From positions 1 to 63,715 of the IMG/VR virus record IMGVR_UViG_3300031949_000032: a stretch of 63,715 nt of DNA. One strand, written 5' to 3'. A program made the translations under genes and the position numbers. The notes beneath the pieces are model-generated. The model saw only the letters and a list, made by a program, of their open reading frames with translations, did no database searches and was not told where the DNA came from. Below, piece by piece: positions 1 through 8,259 of the stretch. This DNA comes from a virus. Taxonomy: Duplodnaviria > Caudoviricetes. The stretch's first letter is position 1. Each line of letters begins with the position of its first letter.

Positions 1-411
1 ACCGGAAATCTCAGTTAATGCAGGAGCGGTGAAGGTTGCACCCTGACGAACGTCAACGGAACCGGAAATCTCAGTTAATGCAGGAGCGGTGAAGGTTGCA
101 CCCTCTTGAACGTAAACGGAACCGGATATCTCAGTTAATGCAGGAGCGGTGAAGGTTGCACCCTGACGAACGTAAACGGAACCGGAAATCTCAGTTAATG
201 CAGGAGCGGTGAAGGTTGCACCCTGACGAACGTAAACGGAACCGGATTTTGTTAATGCAGGAGCGGTGAAGGTTGCACCCTCTTGAACGTAAACGGAACC
301 GGATTTTGTTAATGCAGGAGCGGTGAAGGTTGCACCCTGACGAACGTAAACGGAACCGGATTTTGTTAATGCAGGAGCGGTGAAGGTTGCACCCTCTTGA
401 ACGTAAACGGA
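1..411. repeat. Coding tandem repeat, 7 units of 57 or 60 bp
   Basis: Units accgga[aatctcagt|ttttgt]taatgcaggagcggtgaaggttgcacc[ctgacg|ctcttg]aacgt[c|a]aacgga. Confidence 0.97.
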
Positions 412-501
412 ACCGGATATAACTTCACAATCTTCTAATTGTTTATTAATGTCAGTTTGATTCTGAACAGTTATTTCAATATTTTTATTTATAGTTTTCA
501 T
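1..501 (-). CDS. N-terminal part of tandem-repeat (beta-solenoid-like) protein; continues across the window junction into 62828..63715
   Basis: ATG at 501 reads MKTINKNIEITVQNQTDINKQLEDCEVISG then SVYVQEGATFTAPALTKSG-type repeats with no stop to base 1; absent from the ORF track because it runs off the end. Confidence 0.85.
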   Translation of the reverse strand, partial: MKTINKNIEITVQNQTDINKQLEDCEVISGSVYVQEGATFTAPALTKSGSVYVRQGATFTAPALTKSGSVYVQEGATFTAPALTKSGSVYVRQGATFTAPALTEISGSVYVRQGATFTAPALTEISGSVYVQEGATFTAPALTEISGSVDVRQGATFTAPALTEISG

Positions 502-514
502 ATTATTTTGTTTT

Positions 515-835
515 TTAGTCAATAACTGGAACTAATCCCGAAGGAGTAAATTCATTTTGTTTACGTAATTCGTATAACCCGTCTTTAATCGTAGCCTTTT
601 TTATTTTTCCTTTTCCGGCTCCATGTTCATTATGCAATAATGAAGTGTTTTTAGCATCTAAATAGCCAAAAATGTAATTACCATCTTTAAATGGATAAAA
701 TATTCCATTATCAAATGAATGATTATTACCATGACTACCTGTCATTAAAATTTTGGATTCACATGCCTTTAATCCGTCTGGTAGTTTATTTATTTCTACA
801 AAGGCAATTTCTCCATGTCTGTAAGCTTTTTTCAT
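515..835 (-). CDS. Small His-motif protein, usual partner of DUF6745-like proteins
   Basis: YRHGE...GSHGNNH...LLHNEH...YELRKQNEF resembles the YRQGD/GHxH/HEEH/RQREY pattern as I recall it. Confidence 0.65.
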   Translation of the reverse strand: MKKAYRHGEIAFVEINKLPDGLKACESKILMTGSHGNNHSFDNGIFYPFKDGNYIFGYLDAKNTSLLHNEHGAGKGKIKKATIKDGLYELRKQNEFTPSGLVPVID

Positions 836-861
836 TTTGTCCTTTTTTAGTTAATGTTTAT

Positions 862-965
862 AAAAAAAACCCATCTTAAATCTTCGAGGATAGCGGCCTC
901 TAGGATAAAAAATGGGTTTAACTTGGGATTTTTTTTGTAGAACAATCCGCTATATCTTTCCACAA
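862..965 (-). promoter_or_regulatory. Structured 5' leader: two hairpins with complementary loops, the second ending in a U-tract (attenuator-like)
   Basis: Loop ATAGCGG (953-947) is complementary to loop CCGCTAT (896-890); stems TTGTGGAA/TTCTACAA and AAACCCAT/ATGGGTTT followed by a T-run. Confidence 0.65.
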
Positions 966-975
966 ATAAACAGAA

Positions 976-1007
976 CAAATATATAACGTTATTTCGACAT
1001 AAACAAA
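976..1007 (-). promoter_or_regulatory. Bacteroidetes-type housekeeping promoter
   Basis: TTTG-N20-TATATTTG on the minus strand; spacer contains TTATGTCGAAAT. Confidence 0.75.
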
Positions 1008-1012
1008 TAATA

Positions 1013-1468
1013 TTAAAACATTCTGTTATTTTTATATAACATTTGTTTTACCTTACTCCAATATACCTTACCTATATCTCCCTTTGGTGATAAACTACCA
1101 GTATTCCATAAAATAGCAGCCGTCTTTTGATTGCAAGACGGATTGTAATGTCTTTGTATGACAAGAAACATTTCAATTGATTTAACAGCATTAAAACGGC
1201 ATGAATCTGTATATACTTCTTTTTTTAATAACCGGTTTACTTCCCTTCGCATTATTGGACGTATCTGAAGGATTCCTGCGGCATTTTCTTTTTTATTTAA
1301 TGCATCCGGATTAAATTCACTTTCAACCTTGGCAATAGCAAATACTGTTTTAATTTCTAAAATTGTTTGCTCAACATCATTGGCGTATTCAATACGTTCA
1401 ATTACTTTTAAGGCTTTGGTATTAGTCCATGTAAAAAACATCAGAAGGATAAAGATTAATGTTTTCAT
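1013..1468 (-). CDS. Lytic transglycosylase (SLT domain) with N-terminal signal/TM
   Basis: AIAKVESEFNPDA...AAGILQI and WNTG motifs; hydrophobic N-terminus. Confidence 0.8.
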   Translation of the reverse strand: MKTLIFILLMFFTWTNTKALKVIERIEYANDVEQTILEIKTVFAIAKVESEFNPDALNKKENAAGILQIRPIMRREVNRLLKKEVYTDSCRFNAVKSIEMFLVIQRHYNPSCNQKTAAILWNTGSLSPKGDIGKVYWSKVKQMLYKNNRMF

Positions 1469-1665
1469 AGTTCTATCGGATAATAGTAATTACAAAATTG
1501 CGCACCGAATTCGGGTGCCTCGTTTAAGTGATATCCTACAGTAAATTTATGATTAGCTTCCTTGTCAAACCGTAAGCAATAACTATGAGCTTCACACTCT
1601 GTATTACTACATTTAACTGTGGCCTTTTTACCTCTTGTTACTTCTGGTTGGATAGTTGTATTCAT
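1465..1665 (-). CDS. Small Cys-containing hypothetical protein
   Basis: ORF coupled to both neighbours; Cys pattern CSNTEC...C...C. Confidence 0.6.
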   Translation of the reverse strand: MNTTIQPEVTRGKKATVKCSNTECEAHSYCLRFDKEANHKFTVGYHLNEAPEFGAQFCNYYYPIEL

Positions 1666-2234
1666 TAGCTTACTCCTTCAATTATTCGTTTTTCTAATCG
1701 ATTAATTTTAAACTCAACCCTTTTATTTATAATTGGGTCTTCAAATAGAATTTCAGCCTGGCGAATCATAATTTTAACATCCGCTATTTCATCCTGCACA
1801 TTAAAAAGTTTCTTTAGGTAATCTTCTCCTCGATCTCTTTTCAACTTTTGAAGAGCCACAATTAATTCGGCACATTCTTCAATTATCATTTCAACCTGTT
1901 TTTCAAAGCCAAACTTTTCAATTGCTCTGTTTAAAACCTGTATTTGCTTCGAGGTAAAGACTTGATTTGTGTTAAATTCAAGCGAGTTTTCAACTTGTTT
2001 TCCACATCCATTACATAGTTTCCATGTGGTCCATCCTGATGTTTCGTCAGGTTTACATTTACAAGGTTCCTGAGAAGACTTTCTTTCATAAACTACTTTT
2101 CTGGCAAGTAATATGTCTACATCTCTGAAGTAATTTTCAAGATTTCTATCTGGTACATTATCGCAATCGAAAACGACTGATCTAGCTTCTATCAATACAC
2201 TTTGTACTTCTGGGGATTCGTCTTTGTAGCTCAT
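1665..2234 (-). CDS. MazG-like nucleoside triphosphate pyrophosphohydrolase with N-terminal Cys-rich extension
   Basis: EECAELIVALQK...DEIADVKIM motifs. Confidence 0.75.
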   Translation of the reverse strand: MSYKDESPEVQSVLIEARSVVFDCDNVPDRNLENYFRDVDILLARKVVYERKSSQEPCKCKPDETSGWTTWKLCNGCGKQVENSLEFNTNQVFTSKQIQVLNRAIEKFGFEKQVEMIIEECAELIVALQKLKRDRGEDYLKKLFNVQDEIADVKIMIRQAEILFEDPIINKRVEFKINRLEKRIIEGVS

Positions 2235-2235
2235 T

Positions 2236-2526
2236 TTAAAATAGTGTTAATTCGTTAGTATTATAAATTTTAGGTTTTTTATTACTTACAATAGGATCGT
2301 TAAAATGATCGCATAAGTTCTTAAGAGTGCAGTTACTTCGTTTTTCGTCATAACTCTGCATTCCTATGAAACTGGCTGTATTTAAGGATATATGACCAAT
2401 TATATACCCTTTTTGAATATTTTGTCTTGGATAGCAAGAAGATTTACGTTTGCATTGGTCACAGTTATGAAATTCCCATTGCATAGCTTCAGTTCCATTT
2501 GAAAAACATTCGACATACTTTCTCAT
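2236..2526 (-). CDS. Hypothetical Cys-rich phage protein
   Basis: FSNGTE...NCDQC motif; in operon. Confidence 0.65.
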   Translation of the reverse strand: MRKYVECFSNGTEAMQWEFHNCDQCKRKSSCYPRQNIQKGYIIGHISLNTASFIGMQSYDEKRSNCTLKNLCDHFNDPIVSNKKPKIYNTNELTLF

Positions 2527-2687
2527 TTTGTGTGTTTTAATTTCTGTTTATCCTTTGCCTGGATGAACCTGCTATCCTTTTGGAATGAAACCCATTTAGT
2601 CCAAATCTTTTTACACCCTTCCAGGTTAATCTGAAGTTCCATTTCGTTAATTGCTACTTTTATTGCTTTTTCTGATAAATTACTCAT
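2523..2687 (-). CDS. Small hypothetical protein (54 aa)
   Basis: Read by hand as MSNLSEKAIK...LKHTK; ATGA overlaps on both sides. Confidence 0.6.
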   Translation of the reverse strand: MSNLSEKAIKVAINEMELQINLEGCKKIWTKWVSFQKDSRFIQAKDKQKLKHTK

Positions 2688-4267
2688 ACTGCAATTTTTT
2701 TAGCCGAAAGTATTTGCTTTAATTCACTCACTACAGGCTCTATTATTATTTTTGCCCACTCCGGAGGAACAGCATTTCCAATCAGTCGTACTTGTTCTTT
2801 TTTAGTTAGCTTGAGTAATGGGTTAGTAAAATATCCTTTCGGAAATGTGCTTATTCTCGATAGCTCTTCAGGTTCTAAAAACCTCATTTTAATATCAAAA
2901 TCTATATCACCATTTTTCAATGCTGATATTAAATCATTTTCTTTCCCGGAATTACTGAAATATGCGGTAATAAATTGAATCTTTTCTTGTGTTGTTAGTG
3001 ATCCACAAGGTTCGTCAATGGATTGATTATTTGATTCTGGCTTACCGTTAGAGTTATATTGTTTACTTATAAATTGTGTAGTTACAATTGCGTTATGGTC
3101 AACTGTAGTAACCGTAGGTAATGGTTCGTTTATGCCTGAACTATGATCCCCTGAGTAGTGCTGTACTAAAAGATTTGATGTAATGATATGCTTTGAATTT
3201 TCACAAGTAATTGTGTTTGCCGGGCCATCTAAACTATGCGCTGTATCATCTCGACTATAATAATCAGCAATAAACTGCGATTCAATAGTGACAAATCGTT
3301 TATCCTGACGTGTAAGTTGTGGATTTAATGGCTCATTAATATGATTATAATTATCAGAATAACAATGGTCAGCTATAAATTGAAGTTTTTCACAAGTAAC
3401 TAATACATGCCTGTCCTTAGTAGTAATAGCATTTAAAGGAGATTCTACTTTTTGAACATTATCCCCATTCCCGTAGTATTGAAATATAAAGTTTAATTCG
3501 GGTGCATATTTTTTAATTCCTCCAGCAATTCTACGAAGTGTATTTGAAGTTAATTCCTTACGTTTACCTTTTTTAACATTAGGATTAAAAGCTCTTCCGA
3601 ATATACTATTTCCCTCTTTTGTAAGATCAATATGATTTTTACAGGCAACCCATTTTTGCAATCCTTTATTGCCAATTTTATTATGAGTTGGTTCCGGCCA
3701 TTTTACATCCATCCCTAACTCTTTTCTTGTAAAAAAAGCGAAATATCTTACCCTACGTGTTGGAATACCATCATCGGCAGCATTTCTAATAGATTCATGG
3801 TAATCATATCCAAGACCACAAATAGTATTTTTCCATTTAATAAATTCTTCTCCCTTTTGTTCTTTTATTGGTTGTCCAAATTCATCAATTGGTCCCCATT
3901 CTTTAAATTCTGGAACATTCTCAATTCCTAATACGAAAGGCATTAAGTGTTTGACATATCTTACTAATTCCCAACCAAGAGTATAGCTACCCATTTTTTT
4001 TTCACGACCTCCATTTGCTCTTGAATGTTGAGTACATTCAATTGATGCCCAAGCAAAGTCAACACTATCCATTTTATGTTCATCCTGCTTGTACATATCA
4101 ACCCAAAAATGTTTAACTCCTTTGTGATTAAACATATTTGTTCGAATTGCCATCTGGTCATGGTTTAAAACCCATTTAACTTTTACATCTTGTATTTTAG
4201 ATAATGCTTCTGTCACACCACCACCTCCGGCCAAAAAATCACCTGCTGTTATTTCGAAATCATTCAT
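2684..4267 (-). CDS. DNA cytosine-5 methyltransferase with long repetitive variable region
   Basis: FLAGGGG motif I, WASIEC catalytic Cys, ENV motif VI, RRVR, GNAVPP motif X. Confidence 0.9.
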   Translation of the reverse strand: MNDFEITAGDFLAGGGGVTEALSKIQDVKVKWVLNHDQMAIRTNMFNHKGVKHFWVDMYKQDEHKMDSVDFAWASIECTQHSRANGGREKKMGSYTLGWELVRYVKHLMPFVLGIENVPEFKEWGPIDEFGQPIKEQKGEEFIKWKNTICGLGYDYHESIRNAADDGIPTRRVRYFAFFTRKELGMDVKWPEPTHNKIGNKGLQKWVACKNHIDLTKEGNSIFGRAFNPNVKKGKRKELTSNTLRRIAGGIKKYAPELNFIFQYYGNGDNVQKVESPLNAITTKDRHVLVTCEKLQFIADHCYSDNYNHINEPLNPQLTRQDKRFVTIESQFIADYYSRDDTAHSLDGPANTITCENSKHIITSNLLVQHYSGDHSSGINEPLPTVTTVDHNAIVTTQFISKQYNSNGKPESNNQSIDEPCGSLTTQEKIQFITAYFSNSGKENDLISALKNGDIDFDIKMRFLEPEELSRISTFPKGYFTNPLLKLTKKEQVRLIGNAVPPEWAKIIIEPVVSELKQILSAKKIAV

Positions 4268-4282
4268 AATTCATCTGGTATA

Positions 4283-4966
4283 TTAAACTTTTTCTCTTTT
4301 GGAATGTCCTTTAAACTCATACACGAATGATGTTTGTTTTATCCTGTCGTATATATGCCATCCGTATATTTTACCAATTTCCTCAATAGGCAAATTAGTT
4401 GTCATTAAGGTTGTTTTTCTTTTATCGTATCGAGACATTAATATTTCTTCGAACGGTTTAGCTTCGGTACCGAAATAATTTGTTGTTTTAGCTTCGTAAC
4501 CAATATCATCAATAGCGAGAATTGAACAAGTTTTTAACTTTGATATTCCATTCGTATTGTTTTCCTTAAAATAATTAGCCATTTCCTTAGATTGAATATA
4601 TACAGGGTTAGAAATTCCACCTAAAAAAGCATCATGCGAGTAGTGAGTATCAATAAATTCTAAAATACCTTTCATTAAAACAGTTTTGCCAGTGCCAATA
4701 TTCCCCGTAAACAATGGGGCCTTTTGAAGGTAAATAGGGTTGCATGATCCAACTAACCAATAAAATATTTCAGAAAGCATCTTTTGATCTTCAGAAGTAA
4801 GACTCACTTTTTTATCATTCTGATCGAAGAATGCATCTTGCATAAATGACATTAGTTGTATTTTCAATTCTTTTACTCTACCTGCATCACTAAGATCAAA
4901 TATCTTTCGTCTCCAATTTTTTCCGATAATATCTCTCATTGTTTCCATAATTTTTATTTTACACAT
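4283..4966 (-). CDS. DnaC/IstB-like ATPase (helicase loader)
   Basis: Walker A GNIGTGKT, Walker B LAIDDIG, TTNL, YDRI. Confidence 0.85.
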   Translation of the reverse strand: MCKIKIMETMRDIIGKNWRRKIFDLSDAGRVKELKIQLMSFMQDAFFDQNDKKVSLTSEDQKMLSEIFYWLVGSCNPIYLQKAPLFTGNIGTGKTVLMKGILEFIDTHYSHDAFLGGISNPVYIQSKEMANYFKENNTNGISKLKTCSILAIDDIGYEAKTTNYFGTEAKPFEEILMSRYDKRKTTLMTTNLPIEEIGKIYGWHIYDRIKQTSFVYEFKGHSKREKV

Positions 4967-5700
4967 TCAGGCATATCAATGGGAATAGAGTTTGGTTTTA
5001 AATATTCCCGTTGCTTATAAACCTTATTCATATCAATGGCTTTGGTTAAAGTACTTTTCCAATCCAATTCGTTTGATTTACTTTTTTTCTTATGCTTCCA
5101 TCCGGCAGGAGTGGACCAGAAGTTTACATATGCTTTCTCTATGGATAGTTTTATATCTATGCTTGGATTCAATCGTTCTTGAATTTTCAAATAATCCTGG
5201 TCAACCAGTAATTTGTTATAAGTTTCATTTAATCCGGATAAGTATATTTCAAAATCATTTCTCCAATTCAGAGGAGTTTGTTCAATTGGTGATTTTGGTT
5301 TTTCTCCCACACCCTCTTTTCCAATAACTCTATTTATATTTTCATTTTCATTTTCATTTTCCATATGAGAGGTCATATGACCATTTATATGACCTGTTTT
5401 TTTAGTATATTGATTTTCTCCTTTAATATTATTCCTCCTAGATTCTGTAAAGGTTTTACGCCTATTTTGCTCTTCCTCTAATCTCTTATTAAAATATCTT
5501 CCATCACCATCAAGTATAAATTTGTCCTTTATGTTGACCCAAAGTTGTCCTACTGTTTGACCAATCATATGTTCGGTCATATGACCTCTATTAAATTGCA
5601 TCATCAACAATTCTATGTAAGCACCTTTTTCTTCAAAAGTCATTCCCATAGTTCCTCCAATCCAATCGTTCGGGTAAAATAAAAATGCTGGGTCTTTCAT
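4954..5700 (-). CDS. Replication initiator (DUF1376/YdaU-like N-terminus)
   Basis: PAFLFYPNDWIGGTMGMTFEEKGAYIELL; ENENEN linker; adjacent to DnaC-like gene. Confidence 0.8.
   Translation of the reverse strand: MKDPAFLFYPNDWIGGTMGMTFEEKGAYIELLMMQFNRGHMTEHMIGQTVGQLWVNIKDKFILDGDGRYFNKRLEEEQNRRKTFTESRRNNIKGENQYTKKTGHINGHMTSHMENENENENINRVIGKEGVGEKPKSPIEQTPLNWRNDFEIYLSGLNETYNKLLVDQDYLKIQERLNPSIDIKLSIEKAYVNFWSTPAGWKHKKKSKSNELDWKSTLTKAIDMNKVYKQREYLKPNSIPIDMPECVK
5339..5586. promoter_or_regulatory. Putative replication origin (iterons) within the initiator gene
   Basis: Perfect palindrome GGTCATATGACC at 5371-5382 and 5575-5586, extra CATATG/ATATGACC half-sites, AT-rich TTTTCA repeats. Confidence 0.5.
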
Positions 5701-5755
5701 TGATAATCAAATTTTTATACTATGTAGTTATGTAATAATCAAAATATTAAATGAT

Positions 5756-5857
5756 AAAAAAGCCCGAATCAATCCCTTTTCAGAGTATCCGGCTCCTGGA
5801 GGCATTAGGCGTTTCATTATCTTTGATCGGTCATTACCGGATATAATCACAGATCAA
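5756..5857 (-). promoter_or_regulatory. Structured 5' leader with two complementary 7-nt loops and a terminal U-tract
   Basis: Loop TATCCGG (5843-5837) is complementary to loop CCGGATA (5792-5786); stem TTGATC/GATCAA; ends CGGGCTTTTT. Confidence 0.7.
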
Positions 5858-5865
5858 CTATAACA

Positions 5866-5896
5866 CAAATATAACAATATGTTATTATAATGCAAA
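5866..5896 (-). promoter_or_regulatory. Bacteroidetes-type promoter for replication genes
   Basis: TTTG-N19-TATATTTG; overlaps near-palindrome ATAACAATATGTTAT. Confidence 0.75.
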
Positions 5897-5935
5897 CATT
5901 TAAATAATATTGTTATATTTTTGTTGTGATAAATA

Positions 5936-6697
5936 CTAAAACAGCCTCAACTGTCGTACATATTGGTTAAATCTGTTTTCTTGTAAGTAAAAATATGACT
6001 GTCCAATTTCACAGGCAATAAATTCAACCTTTGCCTTATAAGCAGAAATTCTACTGGATCCACTACCTAAATGAGTGTCGATAACCTTCATTCCTTCAGT
6101 CGTAAAATCTCTAAAAATATTATCATATAAAGCAACTGGTTTTTGAGTTGGGTGTATTTTAGTTTCATGGTTTCCACCTCCAGTATTCGATATACGGTAC
6201 ATTTTTGCAGGTTTATCAAATGAAGTCCAAGCCATTTCCCATTGAGAAAAGTTATCCCAAGGCTGCATTTTATCCCAGCAAATTATACAGCGTGTAGCTG
6301 GTAAATCAAAGTAGTTTCCTCCCCAAATAATTTGGTTTTTAGAAATACGAAATAGTTCTTTAAAATATTCCGGAGTTGGTTTTTCGTAATCCCAATCACA
6401 ATCCATAGTATTTAAAGCACGGTTCTTTAATTTACCTGAGCCTCCGTTTAATCTACCTTTTTTAAGTTTAACAGATGTGCTTTCTCCTGGGTATTTTCCC
6501 TTTTCTTTTCGGTTTGGGGCGGATCCCATTTGCATATTTGCTGCATTAATTCCATAAGGTGGGTCCACGATCGCTAAATCAAAATATTTGTCGGGATACT
6601 TAGACATAATAACCATGCAATCATCATTGAAAACAGAAGAAAAAGCACTACTGGTAACATTAGGTAACACGTCAACCATTTTATTTACTGTTTTCAC
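5936..6697 (-). CDS. DNA N6-adenine/N4-cytosine methyltransferase (beta class)
   Basis: DPPY, HPTQKP, DTHLGSGS. Confidence 0.9.
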   Translation of the reverse strand: MKTVNKMVDVLPNVTSSAFSSVFNDDCMVIMSKYPDKYFDLAIVDPPYGINAANMQMGSAPNRKEKGKYPGESTSVKLKKGRLNGGSGKLKNRALNTMDCDWDYEKPTPEYFKELFRISKNQIIWGGNYFDLPATRCIICWDKMQPWDNFSQWEMAWTSFDKPAKMYRISNTGGGNHETKIHPTQKPVALYDNIFRDFTTEGMKVIDTHLGSGSSRISAYKAKVEFIACEIGQSYFYLQENRFNQYVRQLRLF

Positions 6698-7115
6698 CTG
6701 TAAATATCATCCGAGCCATGAAAGCTATGGATGCAGCCTGATCTTCTTCAATGTCCTCATACCCTTCAATGAATTCTTTTAACTCCAATTCAGCATCTGT
6801 TTCTTTGTAGTTTTCTCCTTTAAAGAATCTGGTCACTTCTTCATTTTCATCTTCGATAGTTATCCACTCCACATCTCCATCAATTTCAATTAATGGAACA
6901 AAGTCGTCTTTATCTGGAACCGGTATCATGGTAACTTTATTTATACCCTGTTTGAGTATTTCGGAATTCCATCCGCTTTTATCATTCCACCAATAGTGAA
7001 TAATAGCCCCGCATGATGTTTTAATAATACCATCACCTTCATAGAATCCCATTTCATCGTTTATGCAACCTTCGAATTCTAAATTATCATCTGAGCAACC
7101 ATAAATTTTTAACAT
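6681..7115 (-). CDS. Hypothetical acidic protein
   Basis: YGCSDDNLEFEG N-terminal motif; in operon. Confidence 0.7.
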   Translation of the reverse strand: MLKIYGCSDDNLEFEGCINDEMGFYEGDGIIKTSCGAIIHYWWNDKSGWNSEILKQGINKVTMIPVPDKDDFVPLIEIDGDVEWITIEDENEEVTRFFKGENYKETDAELELKEFIEGYEDIEEDQAASIAFMARMIFTGENSK

Positions 7116-7146
7116 AGTTTTTAAGTTTTAAGTTTCGAAATTTGTT

Positions 7147-7713
7147 TTATTTTAATTTAAACTCCCACATAAATCCTTTATGTGTTTTTTCATTATTTGT
7201 ACAACAAGCTGATATTTTTTTATAATTAAATCCTTTTAACCTTGTAGCTTCTCTTGCATTTTGGAATTCACCAATAATTTTTCCATCTAGTGATTTTTGA
7301 ATAATTGGTTTACTACAATTATGATTCGATCCAAATCTACCAGAACATGTAGGTTTTCGTTTTAGAACTTTAAAAGCATGGATATGATTATCGGAATATG
7401 AGACAATTTCTAAATTATTTATTTTGTTATTTTGCTTATTTCCGTCCTTATGGTTAATAGTCATCTTAAACCCAATATTTCCAATAAAAGCAGTACAAAC
7501 TAATCTATGTACATAGTTAGTTTTACCAAATATATTTACAACTACGTATCCATTTTTAGCAATGCAAAGTTTTAATATCTTGCCTTTTTTAATATACGTA
7601 CCTCCTGAGCCAGAATTATATATTAACATGTTTAAACTTTTTACATTGCCTAAATCAGATACCATATATGCATTTTTAGCTCCATCAATAAATTTCCACA
7701 CTTCATTATCCAT
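7147..7713 (-). CDS. NUMOD4-HNH-NUMOD1 homing endonuclease
   Basis: EVWKFI...YMVSDLGNVKS, VHRLV...INHKDGNKQNN...NLE, C-terminal GFMW. Confidence 0.9.
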   Translation of the reverse strand: MDNEVWKFIDGAKNAYMVSDLGNVKSLNMLIYNSGSGGTYIKKGKILKLCIAKNGYVVVNIFGKTNYVHRLVCTAFIGNIGFKMTINHKDGNKQNNKINNLEIVSYSDNHIHAFKVLKRKPTCSGRFGSNHNCSKPIIQKSLDGKIIGEFQNAREATRLKGFNYKKISACCTNNEKTHKGFMWEFKLK

Positions 7714-7715
7714 AC

Positions 7716-8021
7716 TTATATTTTTTTTTGTTTAAGTGTATCTTTAATTAATTCTATGGTTTTAAGACTATATTGATTATTAGGTGTAAATTTTAATATT
7801 AACCAACCTAAAGAACTGGCTACATTAAATTTTTCCATATCATTTAAATAACCCTTACCTCTGGTATGCCTCCCATTTGTCCATATACCTCCGTCAATTT
7901 CAATAGCAATTTTAAATTCGAGTATAGCGTAATCAAATCTCCATTTTCGTGAAGAATGAAATTTAAACTCCTTTTCTACTTTAAAGCCAGTTTCCTGTTC
8001 AACCAGTTTACAGAACATCAT
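7716..8021 (-). CDS. PD-(D/E)XK endonuclease (DUF559/Vsr-like)
   Basis: EFKFHSSRKWRFDYA...AIEIDGG...DMEKFN...GW. Confidence 0.8.
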   Translation of the reverse strand: MMFCKLVEQETGFKVEKEFKFHSSRKWRFDYAILEFKIAIEIDGGIWTNGRHTRGKGYLNDMEKFNVASSLGWLILKFTPNNQYSLKTIELIKDTLKQKKI

Positions 8022-8259
8022 AATTCATCTTGCTTAAAATTGGCTTATCGCAGATAACAGCCATGTTTAAATCTTTTTTATCGTATTTTCCGACAAACAA
8101 TACAGCATCACATTCCAATATGTAATTAAATGTATCCAACCTGTTTTCGCCAGATTGCCTTTGTGGGTTTATGGGGATATAACCATTGGCACGAAGTCTA
8201 TCTTCAATAACTTGAAAATTTTCGTAAGCTATATCCCCTATAATACATACCCTATACAT
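8008..8259 (-). CDS. DUF4406-like (nucleoside deoxyribosyltransferase-like) protein
   Basis: Likely start MYRVCIIG; NF..E..L...GY.PINP and ECDAVL motifs. Confidence 0.5.
   Translation of the reverse strand: MYRVCIIGDIAYENFQVIEDRLRANGYIPINPQRQSGENRLDTFNYILECDAVLFVGKYDKKDLNMAVICDKPILSKMNYDVL

Noticed and set aside
1-411. CRISPR array at the window ends
   Set aside because: There are no unique spacers; units are near-identical, in-frame and coding, and no cas genes are present
2684-6697. Restriction-modification system
   Set aside because: No cognate restriction endonuclease is adjacent; orphan methyltransferases are usual in phage early regions
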